Below are positions 30,325 through 39,836 of a stretch of DNA of 64,000 nucleotides, piece after piece. A program made the translations under genes and the position numbers. Under the pieces are notes generated by a model. The model was not told where the DNA came from. It made no database searches and saw only the letters and a list, made by a program, of their open reading frames with translations. The first letter of the stretch is position 1, and every line of letters starts with the position of its first letter. Where the stretch lies: positions 1 through 64,000 of IMG/VR virus record IMGVR_UViG_3300043433_000105, one strand, 5' to 3'. The DNA comes from a virus. Its lineage: Duplodnaviria > Heunggongvirae > Uroviricota > Caudoviricetes.

Positions 30325-30767
30325 ACTCGTTCAGTTCCGATATAGAGAATATAGAAATCTTTGGTCAACATATTCGCATTATTTAGATCAACAATAGTCT
30401 GCCAGAAAAATTCTTTGACGCCTTCTTTATGCATATTCAAATTGAATTCATCAGCCACGCAACATTGATATTTCATACCATTACTTCGTTGCCCTCGAAA
30501 ACTACCTAATACCGTTCGATCAGAGTAAAAACCGCCTATTTTATGAAATGAATTCACAAAGCTACAAGTCACACCATCAAAACGTAATGCGGAGCGGGTA
30601 TTTGCATATTTTTCAAGAGCAGTTGTTTTACCTGTACACCGTGGTAGATTTAGACCATACATTCTAGATGATGCGATTCGAGCAACTTCTGATATGTAAA
30701 ACCTACTATCTGGCTCTACCGCACTCTGAATGTTTACGAATTGCTCCAAAAATTTCACATCGATCAT
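30321..30767 (-). CDS. hypothetical protein
   Basis: 148 aa, between regA and pol; contains CTGKTT. Confidence 0.4.
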   Translation of the reverse strand: MIDVKFLEQFVNIQSAVEPDSRFYISEVARIASSRMYGLNLPRCTGKTTALEKYANTRSALRFDGVTCSFVNSFHKIGGFYSDRTVLGSFRGQRSNGMKYQCCVADEFNLNMHKEGVKEFFWQTIVDLNNANMLTKDFYILYIGTERV

Positions 30768-30783
30768 AATATATTAATTACCT

Positions 30784-31179
30784 TTATTTCTTTTTACCTA
30801 CTGTATACTTAGATATTAAAACCCATTCTTTTTTCACTTTGAATGGAATAATATCTATCGGGGTTTCGGGTGATGCTAAAGTAACATCATCTTTATTAAC
30901 TATAACACACAGCCCCCATTTTGCAAGCAGCTTAGTTACTTCGTTTCTACGACGCAAATCCTCTTCATCAATCTCCGCATGCTTCCCATCGACTTTAAAA
31001 AACTCTTTGTAATGCATAATGTAGTATTTCCCGCGCCTATGAAGCAAACTGCAACTCTGATAAAGTGTGTTTGATTTCTTAGACTTGATACCGATTCGGG
31101 TAAGGGATTCCACAATAATAGCGAATGAATCTGGATTTGGCAAAGTCACTTCAACGCCGTAATTAAAATTTTCTGACAT
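30784..31179 (-). CDS. regA: translational repressor RegA
   Basis: Co-linear with T4 RegA (LYQSCSLLHRRGKYYIMHYKEFF, KEWVLISKYTVG). Confidence 0.85.
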   Translation of the reverse strand: MSENFNYGVEVTLPNPDSFAIIVESLTRIGIKSKKSNTLYQSCSLLHRRGKYYIMHYKEFFKVDGKHAEIDEEDLRRRNEVTKLLAKWGLCVIVNKDDVTLASPETPIDIIPFKVKKEWVLISKYTVGKKK

Positions 31180-31222
31180 AATAAAATCATGATATAGTTA
31201 AACATGATCTTATTTATGCTAG

Positions 31223-31639
31223 TTATTTCCCGCGCTTAACTACTTTTCCGCCTTGCAGCTTTTCATACTTAGCCAGCAACTCTTCATCAATCAACGGCAA
31301 TATCTCAATAGCACGTTGAATCGATACGTTCAGGTCTTCAGCCAATATTTTGGCATAATCCATATTAATATCTGTATTCTGTTGCTTCTTTGTCCACATA
31401 CTACCTGTACGAAGTTTTGGTATGCCATAGAAATAAAAGTCGTGCTGCAACTTTTTATCTAAATCAGGATAAGTCGATAATGCGTCTACAAACAGCGCAC
31501 ATCGTGGATCATTAGACAGCGCACGGTTAACAACAAATGCTACATAATCCTTTGCGAATAATGTTTCATTGTCATATAAGTATTCTTTTGTCGAAGTAAA
31601 TGACTTGACAAAATCAAAAGGTGAACTCATTGGGGACAA
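31223..31639 (-). CDS. 62: clamp-loader small subunit (gp62-like)
   Basis: Position between regA and gp44; weak similarity to T4 gp62 (NRALSNDPRCA..VDALS). Confidence 0.55.
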   Translation of the reverse strand: MSPMSSPFDFVKSFTSTKEYLYDNETLFAKDYVAFVVNRALSNDPRCALFVDALSTYPDLDKKLQHDFYFYGIPKLRTGSMWTKKQQNTDINMDYAKILAEDLNVSIQRAIEILPLIDEELLAKYEKLQGGKVVKRGK

Positions 31640-32085
31640 TCCTCAAATTTCTTAAACAAATGATGATCGCGTAACCACATCAACATGCGACCTAGTTTAT
31701 TCTGACCAACCCCATCACAAACACCCCAATAGATATCACCCCAGTGGTTTGTTTCTTCCAGATATGCGCCGGTAGTCATATACAAACTACCTTTTAGCTT
31801 TGGTGTGGAAAACTTAGCCTTTAACGCTGTCATCATAGCTTTGTCGCGCAGACCGTCATCCCAACCATCAATCAGCTTTACTTTACTGCCTAGCTTTTTA
31901 ATCATGCTAGGTTTATCGAAAGCCATTATTTTAGCACGTTCAAATGGGTCTGCACACTTAGCAGCCATGTAAAATTGTTCGGATGATGTATATAGTTCAC
32001 CATCAACCTCAAATTCTACAGGGTAAAAATTAGACAGAAAGCGATACTCACCAGAAAAGCCAAGTATCGATCTGGTGTAAGTCAT
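31627..32085 (-). CDS. NADAR/YbiA-family (DUF1768) protein
   Basis: FLSNFYP.EFE.DGE.YTSSEQFYMAAK and DIYWGVC match the NADAR N-glycosidase fold. Confidence 0.7.
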   Translation of the reverse strand: MTYTRSILGFSGEYRFLSNFYPVEFEVDGELYTSSEQFYMAAKCADPFERAKIMAFDKPSMIKKLGSKVKLIDGWDDGLRDKAMMTALKAKFSTPKLKGSLYMTTGAYLEETNHWGDIYWGVCDGVGQNKLGRMLMWLRDHHLFKKFEDCPQ

Positions 32086-33023
32086 TATTTGAACTGCGCA
32101 GTGGACATTAGTTGAATCAGGAAAGCAACCGTGTTAATTTCTGGGTCAATTGTAGCTGATGCGCGGTACTGCGACTCTGCAATAGCCAAAATAACGGGCG
32201 GAATGCTTGCTGGAGCGAGAATTGGCAGCAGCTTGTCGTATATCCCTCGATAGAACGTAGAAGCGTCTGGAGAGGCGTTTGCGACCCATTGGCGGCACTT
32301 GGTGAAGTTCTTTTCTTTGACAAAACCAATCAGTTCATCCAGATCAGAACCATCACTCAAAGAAACGATATCCGATGTGATTTCACCAGATGATGAAAAC
32401 TTCTGCAGTTGTCCGATAGTTTTACGGAAGTCAGGAAAATGTTTACCAACCAAAACAGCTACAGCTTTTTTGTCGTACTTAACATTTTCTTGAGTTAAAA
32501 TGTACTCAGCACGTGCAAGCATCTGCTTCATTGCATCAACTTTATCAGCCTTTGCAAATTTGAAGTCAACAACTTGCAAACGCGAAATAAGAGGATCAAT
32601 AATGCGTTGCTGATAGTTGCATGTAAAAATAAACGATGCATTGCTAGAGAATTCATCCAAGAATCCACGGAGCGCCGGTTGTGCAGAATTTGAAAGGTAA
32701 TCAGACTCATCCAAAAGAACAATCTTTCGACGATCTTCCATGGAGACGGTACTTACAAACTGAGTCAGTGTTGTGCGGATCGTATCAATGTTGCCTTCCA
32801 AAGATGCATTGATAACCAAAATTTCAGCATCAACTTCATCAGCAATAGCACGAGCAGCAGTTGTTTTACCAATACCGCCAGTACCAGCAAACAACATGTT
32901 AGGAACGATACCAGACTTGATATTATCCTTCAACATCTGCTTTGTGGCAGGTGGCAGAATAGTATCGTCAACACGCTTTGGACGATATTTCTGCTCCCAT
33001 ACTAGCTTTTCAAAATTACTCAT
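32085..33023 (-). CDS. 44: clamp-loader large subunit gp44 (AAA+)
   Basis: FAGTGGIGKTT Walker A; sensor motifs; ATG overlaps upstream gene. Confidence 0.85.
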   Translation of the reverse strand: MSNFEKLVWEQKYRPKRVDDTILPPATKQMLKDNIKSGIVPNMLFAGTGGIGKTTAARAIADEVDAEILVINASLEGNIDTIRTTLTQFVSTVSMEDRRKIVLLDESDYLSNSAQPALRGFLDEFSSNASFIFTCNYQQRIIDPLISRLQVVDFKFAKADKVDAMKQMLARAEYILTQENVKYDKKAVAVLVGKHFPDFRKTIGQLQKFSSSGEITSDIVSLSDGSDLDELIGFVKEKNFTKCRQWVANASPDASTFYRGIYDKLLPILAPASIPPVILAIAESQYRASATIDPEINTVAFLIQLMSTAQFK

Positions 33024-33240
33024 TACTTTTTTTCCAACCTTGTGAAATTAACCATTCATGATAAATTTCTAACGCACAACACATCATGTCGGCGTCAGAC
33101 CCATCATCATCTTTAAAGTGACCAAAATATTCAACTGCGATATCTCGCCGCTTCATACTTGGAGAAATTGGTGCTTGACCAAGGTACTCAAGAATACCTG
33201 TGGTCTTATTTACACCATAGACTGCTACATCTTCACTCAT
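33016..33240 (-). CDS. hypothetical protein
   Basis: 74-aa ORF. Confidence 0.3.
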   Translation of the reverse strand: MSEDVAVYGVNKTTGILEYLGQAPISPSMKRRDIAVEYFGHFKDDDGSDADMMCCALEIYHEWLISQGWKKSNE

Positions 33241-33243
33241 AGT

Positions 33244-33663
33244 TTAACTCGCAACGTATTCTTTGGCAAGTGTTGATACTTTGCCAGCGTCATACATACC
33301 TGGAAATGCAGTCTTGAAGTGAGTCATAATTTTACCAAGCTCTTTGCTGCAGGTAGCCAGAGCAGCACGAATTTCTTCGTCACTCATTTGCTTAGGCAGA
33401 TAAACTTGAAGTGCTGCATTTTCTTTGACAAGAATTTCAGTTTGCTCTTGGTCACCAACCAAAAGTTTGATAGTGCCATTGTTGTTATCAATAAACTTTT
33501 TCACAACAGCAACAACTTCGGCATCAGTGGTTTCACGATTACCTTTGTTTTTACCAATAGCAGAAGCCTCACCAATCAACGTAGTGAGAACACTAGCTTC
33601 TACTGTTTGACGTTGCTTACGAAAGCTGAGTTGATCAGCTTTAATTTTCTCCATTAAGCTCAT
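33244..33663 (-). CDS. GatB/YqeY-domain protein
   Basis: MSLMEKIKADQLSFRKQRQTVEASVLTTLIGEA...EEIRAAL resembles the YqeY family; start moved to internal Met. Confidence 0.55.
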   Translation of the reverse strand: MSLMEKIKADQLSFRKQRQTVEASVLTTLIGEASAIGKNKGNRETTDAEVVAVVKKFIDNNNGTIKLLVGDQEQTEILVKENAALQVYLPKQMSDEEIRAALATCSKELGKIMTHFKTAFPGMYDAGKVSTLAKEYVAS

Positions 33664-34094
33664 TACGGCTCCATTTCTTTTTGTCACTTGTTTTAAATTT
33701 ATTATGCAGATCAATGATTGTCTTATCGACAAAATTGATCTGCATAGTTGTCTGACCTGCAAAAGATGTCACAAAACTTTGCTCACGTTCAAGACGATTC
33801 ATTGCGTTTCGAGTCAACCCTTCATTTAAATGAATATAACCACGAGCAGTTAAGCCCATGATAAACAAAACATAATCGGTGAATCGACTGAAGTTTATTT
33901 CATGTATTTGCATGAAACTGATTATACACTAGATTAGACCTAAGTTTTTTCAACGCATTCAAAGTTTTTTCACGTTTCATGTAGGAAGAAATATCGTTTA
34001 CATTAAATAGAATTGTAGCACAATTTTATGCTACTGTCAATAAAAATGGTCTTCGCGATGCGTCAACATCCAAGACCTCTAACACTAAGGAACA

Positions 34095-34940
34095 GTGCCA
34101 GCCATGAATATTTATTACGTATATAGTTACGCAGACCCAACCACCAATGAAATTTTTTACATCGGTAAAGGTAAAAACAATCGCAAATTTGATCATTTAA
34201 AAGAAGCTAAAACTACAAAAAATAGTCATAAGCTGAATAAAATACGTTCAATATTAAGTAATAACTTAATGCCTGTAATCAATGTAATACAAGATTGTCT
34301 ATCAAACGAAGAAGCGATTGCATTGGAGAAAGAATTAATTAAAAAATATGGTAGACGTGATATTGGGACAGGTATATTGACCAACGGCACAGATGGTGGT
34401 GATGGAGTTATTGGCGGTTCACAATTTTTTAAAGACAGTGTTTCTAAACGTAAAGCGGGTAAAGTGACTGCAAAAAATTTAATTACCGGCGAGTTTATCG
34501 AATGTACAAAAGAAGTTTTTGATATTGACGCAAATCTAGTAGGCGTGCGACATGGTATTGAAAATATACACGCGCCAAAAGGATTGGTCACTGCAAAAAC
34601 TAAAACTGGGGACATAATCAGCGTTTCAAAAGAAGAATTCGACAGCAATAAAAATTTAGTCGGGATTAACTCTGGGAAATCGGGATTAACCAGTCACTTA
34701 AATTCAAAAACATGTAAATGTGAAAAATGTGGTGAAATGCATACACCTAGTAGCTACAAACAATTTCATGGTGAAAAATGTGGTAAGTACAAATTTTCTG
34801 AAGAAAGATTAAAAGCAATGAGTATTGCCCAAAAATCTTTACCTAAAATGCATTGTAAATGTTGCTCTAGAGATATAAGTCAAACCAACTGGATTAGGCA
34901 CTTAAATTCTAAAAAACACTTAGATATGGCGGTGGAGTAA
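34095..34940 (+). CDS. GIY-YIG homing endonuclease (Seg-like) with C-terminal zinc-finger DNA-binding region
   Basis: IYYVYSY...FYIGKGK GIY-YIG motif; C-terminal CKCEKC...C..C..H fingers. Confidence 0.8.
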   Translation: MPAMNIYYVYSYADPTTNEIFYIGKGKNNRKFDHLKEAKTTKNSHKLNKIRSILSNNLMPVINVIQDCLSNEEAIALEKELIKKYGRRDIGTGILTNGTDGGDGVIGGSQFFKDSVSKRKAGKVTAKNLITGEFIECTKEVFDIDANLVGVRHGIENIHAPKGLVTAKTKTGDIISVSKEEFDSNKNLVGINSGKSGLTSHLNSKTCKCEKCGEMHTPSSYKQFHGEKCGKYKFSEERLKAMSIAQKSLPKMHCKCCSRDISQTNWIRHLNSKKHLDMAVE

Positions 34941-35249
34941 TTACATCACATTCGCACAAGCAGAAATTTTAATAAGGTGAGACGCTGCAGGAAACTGATT
35001 TTTGAAGTCAGAAATTTTTGCGTTTATTTGATCAACCAACATATGAAGTTGACTCGCATTGGTTTGTTTTGAAACAGCATACCCGACAAACCAATAATCT
35101 CGATCAGAATCATACCATGGGCTGGCATAATCAATTTCACCGTTATACAAATATTCGTTCAATTGTTCAATTTGATCTTCGTCTAGTACGGCTGCAAGTT
35201 CTTTATATTTGCAACCTACTATCAACATTGCATCGGTTGAAATACTCAT
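34941..35249 (-). CDS. hypothetical protein
   Basis: 102-aa ORF. Confidence 0.35.
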   Translation of the reverse strand: MSISTDAMLIVGCKYKELAAVLDEDQIEQLNEYLYNGEIDYASPWYDSDRDYWFVGYAVSKQTNASQLHMLVDQINAKISDFKNQFPAASHLIKISACANVM

Positions 35250-35250
35250 A

Positions 35251-35496
35251 TTAGCCGATCTTTGTCACAACTTCTTTGAAGTCAACAGCATAGGTATCAC
35301 CATCGATTTTGAGGGCATTAGACCAACGAAGCATCAATGTGTCGCCTTCCTTCACAGAAGTAATTTCCGCTGGCACAGCAACGACTTTAGCGTTATCTGC
35401 ACCTTGCGCAACAGTCAAGATAATACCAGACGATGTGGTGGTTGTAGGTGCTTCTTTACGCACGATGATAAAGTTATTTTGGGGAGTGTATTTCAT
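35251..35496 (-). CDS. GroES-like co-chaperonin (Hsp10)
   Basis: IIVRK...TTTSSGIILT...KVVAVP...VKEGDTLM...DGDTYAVD fits the cpn10 fold and mobile loop. Confidence 0.7.
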   Translation of the reverse strand: MKYTPQNNFIIVRKEAPTTTTSSGIILTVAQGADNAKVVAVPAEITSVKEGDTLMLRWSNALKIDGDTYAVDFKEVVTKIG

Positions 35497-35530
35497 TGGT
35501 TCTTTCTTAGTTAAGTTATAATTCTACGTC

Positions 35531-36415
35531 TTATTTCTGAGGTGTCAACACCATCCCATATTCATCAACCTTTGGATAAATCTTCTCAGGTTCTTTGAAA
35601 ATAAGTTTGTTTTCTTTGAATGGCCGGTAGTCAACATGGTGATGCCAGCGACTGAATTTGAATACAATCTTTGACACATCTGGATGCAAATCAACCAACA
35701 TTTGCGATTTAGGTATGGTACCCTCATGTGCATAAAATTCTTCGGTGTTGCCACCCTTCATACGCTGCGTAGTGACCTTTTCACAAAGGAAAGCATTGAA
35801 CTGAATAGTACACAAACCATCTTTCAAAACACGCAAGGAAAGATCGGTGTCTTCGTTGTAGCGACCACGCCAACGATAGCCAGAATCATTCTCAATAAGA
35901 AGACAGGAATAGATTCGAGTATTTGTAATGAATGGTGGTACCTTGTCGGTTTTCTTTGCAAAACCTTCATAGTTCAAACCAGCAACAGGCACATTTGTAA
36001 ATCGATCAACAAAGTCTTCTGCAGCAGCCAGAATAGCACCAGTGGCAACTTGAAATTTGTTATTATCGTTTAATCGAACAAAATGCTGGATGTTGTCATC
36101 CATGACCCAGTGGCGTTTGAATCCGTTTTGTTTGGAATGATCTAGGCAGAAGTTACGGGCGGCACCTGGGCCTTTGCTTTTGGTAAATCCCAAATCATCA
36201 CATGTGTCATATTCTTCCAGATACTTATGATCCAGAATAATCACATCAGCTAATGGAGTGCAATTCTTTTTGTAGTCATCATATTGAGACTGCTCCACAA
36301 CAATAAAGTGTGGCACGTGCATACGTGTGAGAGCCTTGGATGTTAGTTGGTTCTCAAAACGGTTTTTAGAGACGATATAGACCGGATAACGTGGATTCAT
36401 GACTTGGATACCCAC
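35531..36415 (-). CDS. putative GT-A-like glycosyltransferase/nucleotidyl-sugar transferase
   Basis: VYIVSKNR...GPGAARNF...WVMDDN (DxD-like) pattern; assignment tentative. Confidence 0.35.
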   Translation of the reverse strand: MGIQVMNPRYPVYIVSKNRFENQLTSKALTRMHVPHFIVVEQSQYDDYKKNCTPLADVIILDHKYLEEYDTCDDLGFTKSKGPGAARNFCLDHSKQNGFKRHWVMDDNIQHFVRLNDNNKFQVATGAILAAAEDFVDRFTNVPVAGLNYEGFAKKTDKVPPFITNTRIYSCLLIENDSGYRWRGRYNEDTDLSLRVLKDGLCTIQFNAFLCEKVTTQRMKGGNTEEFYAHEGTIPKSQMLVDLHPDVSKIVFKFSRWHHHVDYRPFKENKLIFKEPEKIYPKVDEYGMVLTPQK

Positions 36416-36687
36416 TCAACCTTTTCGCGCCCCCAGTGGCTTTTAAATGGGTGCCAGATACTCTTTGTTTTACTAGTCAGCTTCTGACCAATCAACTTAG
36501 CAAAATCCTGTAGGTCTTCTTCAGAATCAAACCGAACAATGATTTTTGCATAAGGTTCGACTTTTTCCTGTGTAAACTCAGGCATCCCAACCCAGAGTTG
36601 ATTTGGATCATTAACAGTAGACTTTTCAACGACTTTTTCTTCTACTGGAGGTTCATCATAGGTTTCTTCAAAAATATCAAAACTCAT
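36397..36687 (-). CDS. hypothetical acidic protein
   Basis: Start trimmed to MSFDIF so it does not overlap the tRNA. Confidence 0.35.
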   Translation of the reverse strand: MSFDIFEETYDEPPVEEKVVEKSTVNDPNQLWVGMPEFTQEKVEPYAKIIVRFDSEEDLQDFAKLIGQKLTSKTKSIWHPFKSHWGREKVEWVSKS

Positions 36688-36708
36688 AAGTAATTTCCTA
36701 TTAAATGG

Positions 36709-36785
36709 TGGGAAGAGGGGGATTTGAACCCAACCGATCAACAAATTATGAGTTTGCTGCTTTAACCAGACTAAGCTATCTTCCC
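36709..36785 (-). tRNA. tRNA-Met/Ile2 (anticodon CAU)
   Basis: GGGAAGAtaGCTTagtctggttaAAGCaGCAAActCATaaTTTGTtgatcGGTTGggttcaaatCCCCCTCTTCCCacca; clean cloverleaf with encoded CCA. Confidence 0.7.
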
Positions 36786-36819
36786 ATCAAATTCTATTGT
36801 AGTACGGAAAGATTATCTG

Positions 36820-37065
36820 TCAAACAACCCTTTTCCAAACCTGTTCAATTACCCGCATAGATACCGCATCAAATTGATATCGAGTAGGCCCGGTGTCTCT
36901 AGACGTTGCAGCACCAGCCTTTAGAGCTACCTCATACACAGTATCCATTTTTATTGGTTTCCTAAATTCTATCTCAGAAATGACAACTCCAGGCGCACAC
37001 TTAGGGCACCCAGAGTTCGTTTTGGCTGGAGTGTATGGTTTCTTACACTGAAAGCATTCACTCAT
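36820..37065 (-). CDS. hypothetical Cys-containing protein
   Basis: 81-aa ORF with CxxC...CxxC. Confidence 0.35.
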   Translation of the reverse strand: MSECFQCKKPYTPAKTNSGCPKCAPGVVISEIEFRKPIKMDTVYEVALKAGAATSRDTGPTRYQFDAVSMRVIEQVWKRVV

Positions 37066-37306
37066 TGCAAGTTTCTGGCTTCAGTGTTGCTGGATCAATT
37101 TTTGCACCAGTGAGGTACGGTTCGGTAAATGCATTGTTGTTCCAGACAGCCAAATATTTCACACCATCATAACAATAGACGCGAATATTAGGAATTTTTG
37201 CTTCAGCGGCAGATGCTGTTGAATAGTCTTTGTTCGTTGGCTCTTTTTTACCACAGCCAGTCAAAAGAGATGCAAGAATTACGGTTGTAGCGATAATTAG
37301 TCTCAT
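37058..37306 (-). CDS. lipoprotein
   Basis: MRLIIATTVILASLLTGC lipobox; start moved to internal Met. Confidence 0.45.
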   Translation of the reverse strand: MRLIIATTVILASLLTGCGKKEPTNKDYSTASAAEAKIPNIRVYCYDGVKYLAVWNNNAFTEPYLTGAKIDPATLKPETCNE

Positions 37307-37503
37307 ACGTGGATGTTCAAAGTGTGGATATCGTTGACAGGGGTGTAGGAGTAGCGAACCTGAATAAACAGAGGCAGCTTCTTCCACAGATTATTGTTGA
37401 CTTCCTTCGGGAGTTGAAACCCCTTTGGAAATGCTTTGCCCAGCTTATAGCCGGTTGCAGGAATCAGTTTGTTCTGAACAAGTTCTTGAATAGAAAGTGA
37501 CAT
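37303..37503 (-). CDS. hypothetical small protein
   Basis: Immediately downstream of the promoter cassette at 37511-37548. Confidence 0.3.
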   Translation of the reverse strand: MSLSIQELVQNKLIPATGYKLGKAFPKGFQLPKEVNNNLWKKLPLFIQVRYSYTPVNDIHTLNIHV

Positions 37504-37510
37504 GTTAATT

Positions 37511-37548
37511 TTCCTTTTGAATTTCGATGAATGAATTATAACACAGTT
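37511..37548 (-). promoter_or_regulatory. early-type promoter/leader cassette
   Basis: Reverse complement TGTTATAATTCATTCATCGAAATTCAAAAGGAAAATT..ATG. Confidence 0.55.
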
Positions 37549-37740
37549 TTAGTTGGAGGTTGCAGGAGTTTCTACACGAGAAATTTCTTCTGGATAACCA
37601 TCGCATTCGTCACAATAACTATAGCCAGAACCAAAGTATGTCCCACCACCTTCTTGCGGATTGACACGAAAGCCATGTGTAGTTTGAATATGACCACACT
37701 CAGTGCATTTGACAGTAGCTAAAATTTTGGTATCTTGCAT
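37549..37740 (-). CDS. zinc-ribbon small protein
   Basis: CTECGH...CDECDG. Confidence 0.35.
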   Translation of the reverse strand: MQDTKILATVKCTECGHIQTTHGFRVNPQEGGGTYFGSGYSYCDECDGYPEEISRVETPATSN

Positions 37741-37778
37741 ACCAACCTCTTATGAAAAAGAAACAAAGTCATGGTATC

Positions 37779-38228
37779 TCAATTCTTGTACAAGATGATT
37801 TTTGGATGAACAATTTGTAGATGATTATTCGGAAGAGTCAGATAACCATCAGGTGTTTTGTATACAAGAAAACCTTGCTGAACAGATTTCCATTCTGGGT
37901 GCTTAGTTGACCCAAAGTTTTTCTGAACCATCTTAGTGTCTAAATCAACCAGTTCGGCAATTACCACTTCATTCTTTGGGGCAGCAGTTTTTACAATAAA
38001 CGACTGATAGAAAACAAAAGAAAGCAGAAGAGAAGCGAGGATCAAATACACACTAAAAACCGGTGAATTTTTTAATGACCAAGAATCTTTTCTCAAGTTT
38101 AAATCTTTTGCATGTTCATCAACAGAAATCATCAAAGAAAGTAGTGTAAACATTAAAAAAATTGCAAGAGCAACGAAGAACCCCGTATGATCTTGGCTCA
38201 AATCTGGTAAAGGTGTAGTGCTATACAT
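37779..38228 (-). CDS. membrane protein (2 predicted TM helices)
   Basis: Hydrophobic stretches FFVALAIFLMFTLLSLMI and VYLILASLLLSFVF. Confidence 0.4.
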   Translation of the reverse strand: MYSTTPLPDLSQDHTGFFVALAIFLMFTLLSLMISVDEHAKDLNLRKDSWSLKNSPVFSVYLILASLLLSFVFYQSFIVKTAAPKNEVVIAELVDLDTKMVQKNFGSTKHPEWKSVQQGFLVYKTPDGYLTLPNNHLQIVHPKIILYKN

Positions 38229-38497
38229 TAGAAACCACCATTTCCACCAAATTGCATTTCAACGAGGCTCTTACGTGGGCGCATGAATTCATTCAAGCGA
38301 GTACGAGCCTCTTGATAACGTTCAACTTCCTCATAAAAGTAGTCGCCAAAACTAGAATTATAATGATATGGGTGTGCTTTATATTTTTCACGCAACTCAT
38401 CAATGTTTTTCTTTTGCGCCAAATAATCATCTAACAGGTCAGTGAATTCCATCTTTTTCATTCTTTCCAAGTTCGTACATAAAAAGCATAGCAGCAA
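38228..38497 (-). CDS. hypothetical protein
   Basis: 89-aa ORF. Confidence 0.35.
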   Translation of the reverse strand: MLLCFLCTNLERMKKMEFTDLLDDYLAQKKNIDELREKYKAHPYHYNSSFGDYFYEEVERYQEARTRLNEFMRPRKSLVEMQFGGNGGF

Positions 38498-38787
38498 AAA
38501 TCTTATCTGTTGTCAGAGGCGGATTCTTTACTGTGATGTTGTTGGCCTGATTATAACACGAAGTCAGCCACTCGCGTATTTCTTTTTCACTCTTGTCCAT
38601 TTTTGATCATCATATCAATCAGTGACAGATCGACCATCAAAGAAGCCAGCTTTTCACGTTGTGGTTCATAAGACACATCCAAAGGCTCCCCACGAATCAT
38701 AGCGAGGTAACCTTGCGCGCATTCGGCTCTAAGTGATTCAATCTCTTTTTCAACCAGAACTTTCCGATCCTTTAGCATAATTTTCCC

Positions 38788-39828
38788 TTAAACAAACAAA
38801 CACTTCAACAATTCGATGCGTTTTTCTTTGATGGCTTTACCTAACAAAGCACCACCCATCATATGAAAATCAGCAGCAGTGACAGTGTTGCACAATTTTA
38901 CTGCGATCTTCAACAACTTCACATCACCTGCGCTGATAACACGCAACATTTCCATGGAAATGACATCTTCAACCAAGCTACTCATGCGGAAAGCATCGAG
39001 TCGCAACAAGGTGTCATATGTAGACTCAGCATTAGAAAAGTTTAGATTCCTGATAGCAGAAGCAAGACGTTTTGCAGTCGCAGAAGGCCAGATTGTTGTT
39101 TTTCCATCACTAGCAACTGCCGAAAGTTGATCTAGGCTATTAACCCAACCCAACCGCACAAAATTGCGACGAGGCAAGGCATTCTTGAAAAAATCTGAGT
39201 TGACAGGGCCAATGAAATCCAACTTGTTGAAAAAGTCATGCAGCAAACAATCATCATCGAGAACCTTTTCAAGTTCACGCCAAAAACGCTCTGCAGGTAG
39301 TTCATTCAAGGCACCGGAGTCGATTACTTCACGTGCGAGTTTGACGGAGTACATAGAGACACCCCAATCATAACGAGCAGCAAAACGAGCCATGCGCAGA
39401 ACACGCAAAGGGTCTTCTTTGAATGCGTCAGACGTAACACGGATAACACCGTCTCGGATGTCTTTCTGACCACCAAATGGATCAATGATTTGACCAGTCT
39501 TCAAATCCTTTGCCATGGCATTACAGGCAAAGTCTCGACGGAAAAGGTCATCTTCGAGAGTCACATCAGCGCCGAATTCACATTCAAAACCAAGGTAACC
39601 AGCACCCACTTTACGCTCACGACGAGCTAATGCATATTCTTCTTTGGTTTCTGGGTGAAGAAACACAGGAAAGTCTGCGCCAACCTGTTCAAACCCCAGA
39701 GAAATCATTTCTTCTGGAGAGGAACCAATCACAACATAGTCGCGATCTTTTGGAGTGGCACTCATGACTTCATCACGGACAGCACCACCAACCAAGTAGA
39801 CATTGAGTTCAGAGATAGATGTTTTCAT
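38788..39828 (-). CDS. tRNA nucleotidyltransferase (class II CCA-adding enzyme / poly(A) polymerase family)
   Basis: YLVGGAVRD head-domain signature, DxD catalytic pair (RDFACNAMA region), RRD motif. Confidence 0.75.
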   Translation of the reverse strand: MKTSISELNVYLVGGAVRDEVMSATPKDRDYVVIGSSPEEMISLGFEQVGADFPVFLHPETKEEYALARRERKVGAGYLGFECEFGADVTLEDDLFRRDFACNAMAKDLKTGQIIDPFGGQKDIRDGVIRVTSDAFKEDPLRVLRMARFAARYDWGVSMYSVKLAREVIDSGALNELPAERFWRELEKVLDDDCLLHDFFNKLDFIGPVNSDFFKNALPRRNFVRLGWVNSLDQLSAVASDGKTTIWPSATAKRLASAIRNLNFSNAESTYDTLLRLDAFRMSSLVEDVISMEMLRVISAGDVKLLKIAVKLCNTVTAADFHMMGGALLGKAIKEKRIELLKCLFV

Positions 39829-39836
39829 AATTTTAA

